A stretch of 64,000 nucleotides of DNA from an uncultured Verrucomicrobiota bacterium (GCA_949293415.1 CASFDK010000022.1:2686-66685); one strand, 5' to 3'; shown: positions 39,314 to 51,179, counted from the stretch's first letter. Translations and numbers: made by a program. The notes: a model not told the origin generated them from the sequence alone.

Positions 39314-39343
39314 AATCTAACTTTTGTGCTTCGTCCCTGTCAA
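39314..39343 (-). promoter_or_regulatory. candidate sigma-70 promoter of the ATPase operon
   Basis: On the minus strand, TTGACA (39343-39338), an 18-nt spacer and TAGATT (39319-39314). It lies between the eno terminator and the first operon gene. Confidence 0.35.
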
Positions 39344-39350
39344 GCGCAAT

Positions 39351-39385
39351 AAAAAAAAAGCGGAGCGCGCCGCAGCGCGTTCCGC
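39351..39385 (-). terminator. intrinsic terminator of eno
   Basis: 11-bp GC-rich stem (GCGGAACGCGC / GCGCGCTCCGC on the minus strand) with a 4-nt loop, followed by U9, 19 nt after the eno stop. Confidence 0.75.
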
Positions 39386-39403
39386 CGGAAGTTTTTCGGG
39401 ATT

Positions 39404-41786
<2,383 letters not shown>

Positions 41787-41819
41787 TAATTTATCCCAAA
41801 AACAGGAGAGGATGATAAA

Positions 41820-42902
41820 ATGAACGAAAATATCGAAAACGGAACAAACGCATTCTGCGGACGTATGAACAAGAGGGGCTTCCTCAAAAAACTCGGCGTG
41901 GGCGCGGCGGCGGCGTTCGGCGCGCCGTACGTAATGGGCGCGTCGAAAAAGCCCATTCGGTGGCGTTTACAGACGTATGCGAGCACCGCGCTCGGGGCGC
42001 ACGTAATCAAGCCCGCCGTGGATGCGTTCAACAAAATCGCTAGTAGCGAGATGAAAATCGAGTTGTACTACGCCGACCAGCTCGTTCCCACGAGCGAGCT
42101 TTTCAGCGCGCTCCAACAAGGCACTCTAGACTGCGTGCAAAGCGACGACGACTCGATGGGTTCGCCCGCCGACGTAGCCCCATTCAGCGCGTACTTCCCG
42201 TTCGCAACCCGCTATTCGCTCGACGTTCCCGCGCTCTTCAACGAATTCGGCTTGGGCAAAATCTGGACCGAGTCGTACAACGAAGTAAAGAACGTAACGT
42301 GGCTCAGCTCGGGTTCATGGGATCCCTGCAACTTCATCACAAAAGACCCGATACGCTCGCTTGCCGACATCAAGGGCAAAAAGCTGTACACGTTCCCGAC
42401 GGCGGGCAGGTTTTTGTCGCGCTTCGGAATAGTTCCCGTGACGATTCCCGTCGAGGACATCGAAATGGCGTTGCGCACGGGCGAACTCGACGGCGTTGTG
42501 TGGTGCGGTATTACCGAGGCGTACACGGTCGGCTGGGCGAACGCCACGAAGTATTTTCTTACGAACAATATTTCGGGAGCGTGGATAGGCTCGTTTTTGG
42601 CGAACACAAAGTCTTGGGAAAAAGTTCCGCCGCACCTGCAGGAGTTGTTCAGGCTCTGTATGGATTCGTCGCACTACTACCGCCAATACTGGTACTGGGC
42701 GGGCGAGGCGAATCTGCGCGTCAACGGCGGCAAGCTCAAGCTCACTACGATTCCCGCTGAGGAGTGGAAGTTCATCGAAGACGGCGCCCTGAAGTTCTGG
42801 GACGAAGTAGTGGCAAAGGGCACGCCGCGCCAAAAGCAAGTGGTCAAGATTTTCCGCGACTACAATGCGATGATGGAAAAGGCGGGTTCTCCCTACAGAT
42901 AA
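41820..42902 (+). CDS. TRAP transporter substrate-binding protein (DctP-type)
   Basis: Tat-like signal NKRGFLKKLGVGAAAAFGAPYVMGA. ~330-aa periplasmic domain, followed by DctQ- and DctM-type genes. Confidence 0.8.
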   Translation: MNENIENGTNAFCGRMNKRGFLKKLGVGAAAAFGAPYVMGASKKPIRWRLQTYASTALGAHVIKPAVDAFNKIASSEMKIELYYADQLVPTSELFSALQQGTLDCVQSDDDSMGSPADVAPFSAYFPFATRYSLDVPALFNEFGLGKIWTESYNEVKNVTWLSSGSWDPCNFITKDPIRSLADIKGKKLYTFPTAGRFLSRFGIVPVTIPVEDIEMALRTGELDGVVWCGITEAYTVGWANATKYFLTNNISGAWIGSFLANTKSWEKVPPHLQELFRLCMDSSHYYRQYWYWAGEANLRVNGGKLKLTTIPAEEWKFIEDGALKFWDEVVAKGTPRQKQVVKIFRDYNAMMEKAGSPYR

Positions 42903-42989
42903 ACCGCTTATTGTCAGAGTCCGAACGCGTTCCCGCAGGTTGTTGCGGGAACGCTTCGGCACGCCGTCAACTTCAATTTTTTACACGCT

Positions 42990-43586
42990 ATGATTATAAG
43001 GAGAACAAGATTCGACGATCTCGATGATTGGCTCGATACGGTCGATTGGCAAAGGGTGAAGGAGAACACGGGTGCGCCTATGATGAAGCTCATCCGCCTT
43101 TACATACGCTATGTCGGCAAACTCAGCGAATTCGTCGGCGGGGGCGCGATGTATCTGCTTTTGGCGATAATGGCGATGTTGCTGTATTCGATGTTTACAA
43201 ATGCGATACACCGTCCGGTGATATGGGTTATGGAAATGTCGCAGTTTACGATGGCTGCGTACTACATTTTGGGTGGCGCGAGCAGTCTCAAACACGGAAT
43301 ACACGTGCGCATGGACTTTATTTACGAACGTTGGAAGACGCGCACAAAGGCAATGGTTGATTTGTTCACCGTGTTTTTCCTGCTCTTCTACCTCTACATA
43401 ATGATAAGGGGCGGATGGGACAGCTCGATGTTCGCGCTCGAGTTCGACCAACGAAACCACAGCGTATGGAAGCCGCCGATGGCTCCCGTCAAGATAACGA
43501 TGACAGTAGGTATGGCGTTGATGTTCCTGCAAGCCGTCGCCGAATTGCTCAAGGATTTTTGCAGGGCTATAGGAAGGAAGTATTGA
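42990..43586 (+). CDS. TRAP transporter small permease (DctQ-type)
   Basis: Four hydrophobic helices, and its position between the SBP and large permease genes. An alternative ATG at 43080 would remove an acidic 30-aa extension. Confidence 0.75.
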   Translation: MIIRRTRFDDLDDWLDTVDWQRVKENTGAPMMKLIRLYIRYVGKLSEFVGGGAMYLLLAIMAMLLYSMFTNAIHRPVIWVMEMSQFTMAAYYILGGASSLKHGIHVRMDFIYERWKTRTKAMVDLFTVFFLLFYLYIMIRGGWDSSMFALEFDQRNHSVWKPPMAPVKITMTVGMALMFLQAVAELLKDFCRAIGRKY

Positions 43587-43587
43587 T

Positions 43588-44919
43588 ATGAGTCTCTCTC
43601 CCGAAATTGTGATTTTACTTATGTTTTCAACCCTGATGCTCCTGATGCTCACTGGGCAGAGGGTTTTCGCGGCGATGGGCTTTGTCGGAGTTGCGGCGGC
43701 TCTGCTCCTGTGGGGAGACGGAAGCACGGCGATAGGTTTCAACGCGGCGATCAAGCTGTTCAACTGGTATCCAATGCTGACGCTTCCGATGTTCGTGTTT
43801 ATGGGCTTTATGCTTTCGGAATCGGGAATCGCAAACGATATGTACTATATGTTCCACGTCTGGATGGGTTCGCTCAGGGGCGGGCTTGCGGTCGGAACGC
43901 TTTTCGTTATGATTCTGATTTCGTGCATGAACGGCTTGAGCGTTGCGGGTATGGCAATCGGCTGCAGTGTCGCTCTGCCGGAGCTTCTGAAGCGCAACTA
44001 CGACAAGCGGATGATTAGCGGTTTGATTCAGGCGGGCAGTTCGCTCGGCATTCTCATCCCGCCGAGCATTGTGCTCGTGTTGTACGGAATGATTGCCCGC
44101 CAACCCGTAAGCCAACTGTGGCTCGCGGGCATCGGACCGGGGTTGTTGATGACGGTTCTGTTTCTTGCGTACATTCTGATACGCTGCCGTCTCAATCCGA
44201 AAATGGGTCCGATTCTTCCGAAAGAGGAGCGCAATTTTTCGATGCGTGAAAAACTGAGGGTTTTGAGCGCGGGCATCATTCCTCTGCTTTTGATATTCTC
44301 GGTCATAGGTTCGTTCTTCTTCGGATTTACAAGCCTTGTCGAAAGTTCGGCGTTCGGCGCGTTCGCCGCGTTCATCGTGGCGTTGTGCAGGCGCAGACTC
44401 ACTTGGGATATTTTTAAGAAGATTCTGCGCGAGACCCTCGACAATTCCGCAATGTTTATGTGGGTGATGATGGCGGCTCTTGCGTTTGCTGCGGTCTTCG
44501 ACGGGCTCGGCGCGGTTCGCGCGCTCGAGGGGCTTTTCCTCAACGACTGGGGGCTGTCGCCGTGGCAGGTGCTTCTGCTTATGCAACTGTCGTTTGTCGT
44601 TCTCGGGATTTTCCTCGACGACACCGCAATGCTTGTGATTGTCGCTCCGCTCTATATTCCGCTTGTTATAAAGCTCGGCTTCAATCCCATTTGGTTCGGC
44701 ATTCTCTACACAATCACCTGCCAAATAGCGTACATTACGCCGCCTTTCGGATACAATCTGTTCCTTATGCGCGCGATGTCGCCCAAGAGTATAACGATTC
44801 GCGATATCTACGTCTCGATTATCCCGTTCGTCGGGCTGATGCTGCTGGCGTTGGTTCTGATCATGATATTCCCCGGGATCGCGCTGTGGATACCGTCGCT
44901 TTTCGGTGGAAACTTGTAG
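43588..44919 (+). CDS. TRAP transporter large permease (DctM-type)
   Basis: ~443-aa polytopic protein with typical DctM blocks (LPMFVFMG, GIPPSIVLVLYG). Starts 2 nt after the dctQ-like gene. Confidence 0.9.
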   Translation: MSLSPEIVILLMFSTLMLLMLTGQRVFAAMGFVGVAAALLLWGDGSTAIGFNAAIKLFNWYPMLTLPMFVFMGFMLSESGIANDMYYMFHVWMGSLRGGLAVGTLFVMILISCMNGLSVAGMAIGCSVALPELLKRNYDKRMISGLIQAGSSLGILIPPSIVLVLYGMIARQPVSQLWLAGIGPGLLMTVLFLAYILIRCRLNPKMGPILPKEERNFSMREKLRVLSAGIIPLLLIFSVIGSFFFGFTSLVESSAFGAFAAFIVALCRRRLTWDIFKKILRETLDNSAMFMWVMMAALAFAAVFDGLGAVRALEGLFLNDWGLSPWQVLLLMQLSFVVLGIFLDDTAMLVIVAPLYIPLVIKLGFNPIWFGILYTITCQIAYITPPFGYNLFLMRAMSPKSITIRDIYVSIIPFVGLMLLALVLIMIFPGIALWIPSLFGGNL

Positions 44920-44929
44920 TCGGTTTGAG

Positions 44930-46321
44930 ATGAAAAAGTCATACAGAGTGTGCGCGGGCGGAAAGACGTACAATTTCCGCTCGCTCAGGGAAGTGATGGC
45001 GAAGGCGTCCCCCGAGCGTTCGGGGGACGTTCTTGCGGGGATTGCCGCCGCCGACTATCAGGAGCGCGTCGCCGCCCAAATATGCCTTGCCGACGTACCG
45101 CTTTCGGCATTTCTTGAAGAGCCGCTCATTCCGTACGAAGAGGACGAAATTACGCGGCTGATTCTGGACTCGCACGATGTCGAAGCCTTTGCGCCCGTAT
45201 CGTCGCTGACTGTGGGCGAGTTCCGCGACTGGCTTTTACGCTACGAAACCGACGGGGAAGTTCTCGAAAAACTGACTTGGGGGCTTACCCCCGAGATGGT
45301 CGCCGCAGTGTCGAAAATTATGGGCAATCAGGATTTAATATTGGTAGCCTCGAAGCGCAGGGTAATAACGCGCTTCAGAAACACGCTCGGCTTGAAGGGC
45401 AGATTTTCGTCGCGCCTGCAACCCAACGATCCGTCCGACGACCTTCGCTCGGTGGCGGCTTCCATTCTCGACGGTCTGATGTACGGATGCGGCGACGCGG
45501 TGATAGGCATAAATCCCGCAACCGACAGCGTTCCCGCGATGACCGAAATCCTGAAACTAATAGACGAACTCGTGCACCGCTACGAAATTCCGACGCAGTC
45601 GTGCGTGCTCTCGCACGTCACGAACGCCGTCGCCGCAATGGAGCTGGGCGCGCCAGTCGATTTGGTCTTCCAGTCGATTGCCGGCACGGAGATTGCCAAC
45701 AAAAACTTCGGCATAAATCTTGCGCTTTTGGGCGAGGCGCGCGACGCGGCACTGTCGCTCCACAGGGGTACCGTGGGCGACAACGTGATGTATTTCGAAA
45801 CGGGGCAGGGCACCGCGCTTTCGGCGGAGGGCAACTGGGACGTAGATATGCAGACGTGCGAGGCGCGCGCCTATGCGGTTGCGCGGAAGTTCGAGCCGCT
45901 GCTTGTAAACACCGTCGTCGGATTTATCGGACCCGAGTATTTGTACGACGGCAAGCAGATTATCCGTACGGGGCTCGAGGACCATTTTTGCGCAAAGCTT
46001 TTGGGGCTTCCGATGGGGTGCGACATCTGCTACACAAACCACGCCGAAGCGGACCAGAACGATATGGACAACCTGCTGACGCTCCTTGCCGCGGCGGGCT
46101 TGAACTACATAATGGGCATCCCCGGCTGCGACGACATTATGCTCGGCTACCAGACGACATCGTTCCACGACGTCCTCTATGCGCGCCAACTCTTCGGGCT
46201 TCGTCCCGCGCCCGAGTTCGAGGCGTGGCTCGAAAAAATGGAAATCTTCGGGAGCAACAAACTGTTGCCGGCGGGGCGCAACAACAAATTTTTGACAAGC
46301 TATGAATCGTCAATCGACTGA
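44930..46321 (+). CDS. eutB: ethanolamine ammonia-lyase large subunit
   Basis: Start at the internal ATG (MKKSYRV). Collinear EutB blocks include FRSLREVMAKASPERSGDVLAG and YFETGQGTALSAE. Confidence 0.95.
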   Translation: MKKSYRVCAGGKTYNFRSLREVMAKASPERSGDVLAGIAAADYQERVAAQICLADVPLSAFLEEPLIPYEEDEITRLILDSHDVEAFAPVSSLTVGEFRDWLLRYETDGEVLEKLTWGLTPEMVAAVSKIMGNQDLILVASKRRVITRFRNTLGLKGRFSSRLQPNDPSDDLRSVAASILDGLMYGCGDAVIGINPATDSVPAMTEILKLIDELVHRYEIPTQSCVLSHVTNAVAAMELGAPVDLVFQSIAGTEIANKNFGINLALLGEARDAALSLHRGTVGDNVMYFETGQGTALSAEGNWDVDMQTCEARAYAVARKFEPLLVNTVVGFIGPEYLYDGKQIIRTGLEDHFCAKLLGLPMGCDICYTNHAEADQNDMDNLLTLLAAAGLNYIMGIPGCDDIMLGYQTTSFHDVLYARQLFGLRPAPEFEAWLEKMEIFGSNKLLPAGRNNKFLTSYESSID

Positions 46322-47153
46322 AATTTCGGAAATCCCGACACGCGCAAATTCCCTGCCGAACGCGGTCGCTTCCGCCGACCCGTGGGCGGCGTTGCAGAAG
46401 TTCACGGCGGCGCGGATAGGTATCGGGCGTACGGGGGGCAGCCAGCGCACGCCGTCGATACTCGACTTCCGACTCGCCCACGCGCGGGCTCGCGATGCCG
46501 TGCACGCGCCGTTTTCGCCCGAAGAAATCGCCGAAAAGCTCGGCGCGTGCGGACTCGAAAGCTCGGTTTTGCACACGCTCGCATCCGACAAGCGCACCTA
46601 TCTGATGAACCCCGACGCGGGGCGCAGGCTTTGCGAAGACTCGCGCAGGAAACTTTCGGGGCTTGCCGCAAAATGGGGGTACCGCGATTTCGCAATCGTG
46701 ATTTCCGACGGGCTTTCGGCAACCGCCGCAAACGCGCACGCCGTGCCGCTTGCCGTTGCGCTTTTTGAAAATCTGCCGCGCGAAAACTGGAGCGCCTACC
46801 CGATATTCGTGGTGCCGTATGCTCGCGTCAAAATTCAGGACGACATCAACGAAATTCTGCACGCGCGGCACACGATAATCCTCGTGGGCGAACGCCCGGG
46901 GCTGGCTTCGCCGGACAGCCTTAGCGCGTATTTTACATACCGCGCAAAGTGGGCGAGCGTTGAATCCGACAGGAATTGCGTTTCGAACATTCGCCCGAAC
47001 GGTTTCCCCGTTGCTGCGGCGGCGAAAAAGCTTGCGATGCTTTTGGAGGAGTCGCGCAAACGTTCGATAAGCGGAACGCGGCTTAAGGATAATATTCCGG
47101 TGTCCGAAATCGGGTCTGCCGCGGTTCTTCCCGATTCGGCGGCTTCCGACTGA
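46302..47153 (+). CDS. eutC: ethanolamine ammonia-lyase small subunit
   Basis: Blocks TAARIGIGRTGGS and LDFRLAHARARDAVH are typical of EutC. 20-nt overlap with eutB. Confidence 0.9.
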   Translation: MNRQSTEISEIPTRANSLPNAVASADPWAALQKFTAARIGIGRTGGSQRTPSILDFRLAHARARDAVHAPFSPEEIAEKLGACGLESSVLHTLASDKRTYLMNPDAGRRLCEDSRRKLSGLAAKWGYRDFAIVISDGLSATAANAHAVPLAVALFENLPRENWSAYPIFVVPYARVKIQDDINEILHARHTIILVGERPGLASPDSLSAYFTYRAKWASVESDRNCVSNIRPNGFPVAAAAKKLAMLLEESRKRSISGTRLKDNIPVSEIGSAAVLPDSAASD

Positions 47154-47324
47154 TTTCGGCGGCGGTTTCGCAAATGTTTCAAAAAAATGGTTGAAAGAAT
47201 GCGGCGCGTTTGTAATCTCTCCCCATTGTAAAACGCCGATAGCGCAGTTTCGGGGAGTTCGTTTTCCGCGTTCCCGCCGAGTCCGCGCGGCGCGATTTTT
47301 ATCAATCAAAAAAAGGATTATACT

Positions 47325-48512
47325 ATGTCGAAAAGACCTCTCAATGTGGGACTCATCGGCGGCGGTTGCGGCGCGTTCATCGCCCAGCCCCACCAAAAGG
47401 CAATTTTCTCGGACGGCACGCGCAGGGTTGTCGCTGCGGCTCTCCATCCGAATCCCGAAGTGGCGATGAAGGAGGCCGAAAACTGGCCGTACCCCATCAA
47501 GGGCTATCCGTCGTACGTCGAAATGATTGAAGACCAGAAGAATCTTCCCGAAGACCAGCGTCTCGACTACGTTCTCATTGTTACCCCCAATTTCGTGCAC
47601 TTCGACCCCGCAATGAAGGCAATCGAAGCGGGCATTCCGGTGATGTGCGAAAAGCCCCTTACAATCAATCTCGAACAGGCGGACGCGCTCGTTGCCGCAG
47701 CCACGGCAAAGGGTCTGCCGTTTGCGGTCGCCCACACGTACCTCGGGCACTGGTCGTCGTGGTTCTCGCGCTTCGTTGTAACGAGCGGTCTGCTCGGCGA
47801 CGTGCGTTGGGTCGATTCGTCGTACATTCAGGGCTGGCTTGCCAAGAAGATTGAACAACAGGGCGGCGAAGGCGGCGCGGACTGGCGTACCGACCCCAAG
47901 CGTTCGGGCGGCTCGCTCTGTTGCGGCGACATCGGCACGCACGCGCTTATGCAGTTGCGCTTCGTAACGGGTCTCGACGTAACCCGCGTTTCGGCGCACT
48001 TCGAAACTTTCGTAAAGAGCCGTCTGCTCGACGACCACGCAACCGTCTATTGCGAACTTTCCAACGGCGGCAAGGGTATGGTCAGAGCCTCGCAGGTTTG
48101 CATCGGTCATAAGAACGATATGGCAATCGAAGTTGCGGGAACAAAGGGTACGCTCGTGTGGCGTCAGGAAGAACCCGAAAAGGTCGTCATTATGCTTGCG
48201 GGGCAGCCCGACCGCGTATATTGGCGCGGCGACGTACAGCCCAACGACGGCTTCCTCGGCGACGTTCCCGAATGGCTTCTCAAAGAACCGCGCATTCCGT
48301 CGGGTCACCCCGAAGGCTTCCACGACGCGTACGCGCGCCTGCACCGCGAGTTCGAAAAGGACATCCGCGCGTGGAAGGAAGGCAAGCCCTTCTCGTACGA
48401 ACACACACGCTACGCAACCGTTCTCGACGGCAGAATGGGCTTGGCTTTTGTCGATGCCTCCATCAAGAGCAACGCAAAAGAGGGCGCGTGGGAACCCGTC
48501 AAACTCGGCTGA
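47325..48512 (+). CDS. Gfo/Idh/MocA-family oxidoreductase
   Basis: N-terminal VGLIGGGCGAFIAQPH Rossmann motif, MCEKPL motif, ~395 aa. Confidence 0.85.
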   Translation: MSKRPLNVGLIGGGCGAFIAQPHQKAIFSDGTRRVVAAALHPNPEVAMKEAENWPYPIKGYPSYVEMIEDQKNLPEDQRLDYVLIVTPNFVHFDPAMKAIEAGIPVMCEKPLTINLEQADALVAAATAKGLPFAVAHTYLGHWSSWFSRFVVTSGLLGDVRWVDSSYIQGWLAKKIEQQGGEGGADWRTDPKRSGGSLCCGDIGTHALMQLRFVTGLDVTRVSAHFETFVKSRLLDDHATVYCELSNGGKGMVRASQVCIGHKNDMAIEVAGTKGTLVWRQEEPEKVVIMLAGQPDRVYWRGDVQPNDGFLGDVPEWLLKEPRIPSGHPEGFHDAYARLHREFEKDIRAWKEGKPFSYEHTRYATVLDGRMGLAFVDASIKSNAKEGAWEPVKLG

Positions 48513-48575
48513 TAGTCTGCGGATTTTTGTCGCGGTTTCGCCGCCGTCCTGTCGCGGCGAAACGCACGGCGGAAA

Positions 48576-48609
48576 CGTCCCGAATCGCAAAGGTTCGGGG
48601 CGTTTTTTT
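48576..48609 (+). terminator. intrinsic terminator
   Basis: Stem CGTCCCGAA / TTCGGGGCG with a 9-nt loop, followed by T7. A second hairpin (GTTTCGCCG / CGGCGAAAC) precedes it. Confidence 0.7.
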
Positions 48610-48768
48610 ATGTAGCTTTTTCGTGTGCTACGAAGTTGGGAAATTCCGCTTTTCGGGAACGGAAGGGGAACGTTCGGATTTGAACGGAAGTCGATTTCGA
48701 CATCCCGAATCGGGCGGCGGCTCGGCAATGTTGCCGGATCTTATCGGCAACTGCTTCCGTCTTTGATG

Positions 48769-48969
48769 TTATGTTTTTTTGCCGATTAACGCGGGAATCC
48801 GCCGCGATGCGTTTTCAATGTCGTCTAAAAGAACCGTTTTGAACCTCGGCTGTTTTGCCGCTTCGATGTTTGCCGAATTGCCGTCGATAAACAACGAATT
48901 TTCTGGGGTCGATTTGTAGCGTTTCGGCAGAATTTTGCATATTTCGTGGTCGGTAACGAACCCCCGCAT
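48769..48969 (-). pseudogene. decayed HAD-family hydrolase fragment (C-terminal part only)
   Basis: ENSLFIDGNSANIEAAKQPRFKTVLL resembles HAD motif IV (lFIDD..N..aA...G). No DxDxT-bearing N-terminus in frame. The upstream frame is broken by a stop. Confidence 0.35.
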
Positions 48970-49193
48970 ATATCGTCATTGCGGTGGAATTTACTTCAAG
49001 ATAAAAAATCGTCCGAGTTTTGATTTTTTGTAAACTCCATTTTTTCTTGTAAAATACCGTAGTCATCGTAGCTTGGGCGGAAACACCCGATTGGAGCTTG
49101 ATTGAGGGGGGCAATTTCGGTTTCGCAAAGTTGCCATTTTGAAAAGCGCGATTTCGCGAACAAAAAGCCGCACGATATATATTGTGTCCAATG

Positions 49194-49209
49194 TGGCTCA
49201 TGTCTTGCT
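49194..49209 (+). promoter_or_regulatory. weak sigma-54-like -24/-12 element
   Basis: TGGCTCAtgtcTTGCT has correct GG-to-GC spacing and matches 10 of 12 defined positions. It lies 217 nt upstream of the HU/IHF gene, in a gene-free AT-rich region. Confidence 0.25.
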
Positions 49210-49425
49210 CAAAAATGCCTCAAACGGGCATACTTTTTGAACGCGCCTTTTTAAAACCGTCTCTTTTTTTCGAAAAAATAGGGGGATTAGCCGTATTTTT
49301 TGTTGACATTTACAAAGGCTAAATAACCTATATTACCTTGATTGAAATCGGCGGTTTAACGGCAAACGGTATTTATCGTTTCGGCTGCCGAGCCTTCGAA
49401 AAAATTTCAACTAAACATAACAATT

Positions 49426-49779
49426 ATGCAAAACCTAACAAAGCGAGAAATCGTACAGAGAATTTATCAGGAAAAAGAAGAATGCCGCCGCGGCGACATC
49501 CTCCAGAACGATGTAAAAGACATCGTGCAGCGCACGCTCGACATCTTGTCGGAGTCGCTCGCGCAGGGCAAGAATGTGGAACTTAGAAACTTCGGCGTTC
49601 TCGAAGTTCAGGTTCGCAAGCCGCGTGTCGGCAGAAACCCCACAAAGCCCGACCACGATGTAGTTATTCCGAAACGCGCAATCGTCAAGTTCAAGGCTGG
49701 TAAGGAACTGAAAATCGCACTCAAGAAGCTCGACCTTTCGCTCGTAGAGGAAAGCAAGGCGGCTCGCGCAAGAAAATAA
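49426..49779 (+). CDS. HU/IHF-family DNA-binding protein
   Basis: RNFGVLEVQVRKPRVGRNPTKPD...VKFKAGKELK matches the HU/IHF arm and signature. Confidence 0.85.
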   Translation: MQNLTKREIVQRIYQEKEECRRGDILQNDVKDIVQRTLDILSESLAQGKNVELRNFGVLEVQVRKPRVGRNPTKPDHDVVIPKRAIVKFKAGKELKIALKKLDLSLVEESKAARARK

Positions 49780-49794
49780 CAACCGTTTCGGGCT

Positions 49795-51090
49795 ATGTTC
49801 AGAACGCTGCCGGGATTTAGGGAGTTTTATCCCGAAGATTGCGCCAAAAAGAACTATATTTTCGGCGTATGGCGTACTGCGGCGCGGTCGTTCGGCTTTT
49901 CCGAATTCGAGCCGCCCGTTCTCGAACAGCTCGATTTGTTTACCGAAAAAAGCGGCGAGGAAATAAAATCGCAGCTTTTCGAATTTGTCGACAAGGGCGG
50001 ACGCGCCGTTTCGCTCCGCCCCGAAATGACGCCGTCGCTCGCCCGAATGGTCGGCGCGAAGGCGGCGGGCATCAGACGCCCCGTCAAGTGGTTTGCCATA
50101 GGCGAAAACTACCGCTACGAGCGTCAGCAAAAGGGCAGGCTTCGCGCGTTCTTCCAGTACAACGCCGACATTCTCGGCGAGGAGTCGCTCAACGCCGACG
50201 CGGAGGTTGTCGCGCTTCTGATTGAATCGCTGCGCGGCTTCGGTCTGACCGAAAACGAATTCAAACTCCGTTTGGGCGACAGAACTTTGTGGGTTCTGTT
50301 TCTCGAAAACGCGGGCGTTCCCGAAGAAAAAATCATTCCCGTTTTGTCGGTCGTCGACAAGCTCGAGAAGGTTTCGCCCGAGGTACTCCGCGAAATGACC
50401 GCGGAAGCCCTCAAGGGGACGGATTTAGACGCGGACATTCTCGTCGGAAAAATCAGGGCGTTCATCGCCGTGCGCGACATCGACGCAATGCGCTCGTATT
50501 TTGACGCGCAGGGCGAACTCGCCGTACGCGTGGACGCGCGCATAGCCCAGTGGCGCGAACTTCTGAAAATTCTCGAAAGCCTCGGCGTGGGCGCGTTCAT
50601 TTCGCCCGATTTGAGCATTGTGCGCGGATTGGCGTACTACACGGGTTTCGTGTTCGAGGCGTTCCAGATTGTCGGCACGGGCAGGGCTCTCGCGGGCGGC
50701 GGACGATACGACAATCTCGTCAAGAAGCTCGGCTATCAGGATATGCCCGCTGTCGGTTTCGGTATGGGAGACGTAACCGTTTCGGATTTGCTCGAACTGG
50801 TGGGCAAGTCGAAATCGCTTTCCGACCGCCCCGATGTCTATTTTGTGATAGGTTCGGAAAATGTGCGCTCAAAGGCAATGAGGATTGCAACGGCGTTGCG
50901 CCGTTCGGGAGTAAAGGTGGACTATCCGTTGAAGGCTTTGTCGTTCGGCAAGCAGTTCAAGCAGGCGGATGCCGTGGGCGCGTCGAAGGCGTATATCTTG
51001 GGCGACGACGAACTTGCCGCGGGTGTCGTGAAAATCAAAGACCTCAAAACGGGCGAAGAGAGTTCGTCGAAAATCGACGAATTGATTTGA
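49795..51090 (+). CDS. hisS: histidine--tRNA ligase
   Basis: LRPEMTPSLARMV, RYERQQKGRLRAFFQ and GGGRYDNL blocks. C-terminal anticodon-binding domain. Confidence 0.95.
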   Translation: MFRTLPGFREFYPEDCAKKNYIFGVWRTAARSFGFSEFEPPVLEQLDLFTEKSGEEIKSQLFEFVDKGGRAVSLRPEMTPSLARMVGAKAAGIRRPVKWFAIGENYRYERQQKGRLRAFFQYNADILGEESLNADAEVVALLIESLRGFGLTENEFKLRLGDRTLWVLFLENAGVPEEKIIPVLSVVDKLEKVSPEVLREMTAEALKGTDLDADILVGKIRAFIAVRDIDAMRSYFDAQGELAVRVDARIAQWRELLKILESLGVGAFISPDLSIVRGLAYYTGFVFEAFQIVGTGRALAGGGRYDNLVKKLGYQDMPAVGFGMGDVTVSDLLELVGKSKSLSDRPDVYFVIGSENVRSKAMRIATALRRSGVKVDYPLKALSFGKQFKQADAVGASKAYILGDDELAAGVVKIKDLKTGEESSSKIDELI

Positions 51091-51110
51091 TATAATATGA
51101 TTCTTTCATA

Positions 51111-51139
51111 ACCGCCGCAATCTGCGGCGGTTTTTTTTT
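51111..51139 (+). terminator. intrinsic terminator of hisS
   Basis: Stem CCGCCGC / GCGGCGG with a 5-nt loop, followed by T9. Confidence 0.8.
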
Positions 51140-51152
51140 GGTGCTATTTTGC

Positions 51153-51179
51153 TTGACTTTTTTGTGTGGATGTTATAAA
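51153..51179 (+). promoter_or_regulatory. candidate sigma-70 promoter (extended -10)
   Basis: TTGACT (51153-51158), a 15-nt spacer containing TGt, then TATAAA (51174-51179). It sits directly upstream of paralog A. Confidence 0.4.

Noticed and set aside
46137-48728. 863-aa ORF on the minus strand, the longest ORF in this part of the track.
   Set aside because: It runs antisense to eutB (3' end), eutC and the Gfo/Idh/MocA gene, all of which have strong family motifs. Its translation is Arg/Ala/Pro-rich and low-complexity, with no motifs. This is a typical antisense artefact of GC-rich coding DNA.
48815-49201. 128-aa minus-strand ORF spanning the AT-rich region upstream of the HU/IHF gene.
   Set aside because: The composition is not protein-like. 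It merges the frame-broken HAD remnant with intergenic sequence, so only the short motif-IV-containing fragment is reported, as a pseudogene.
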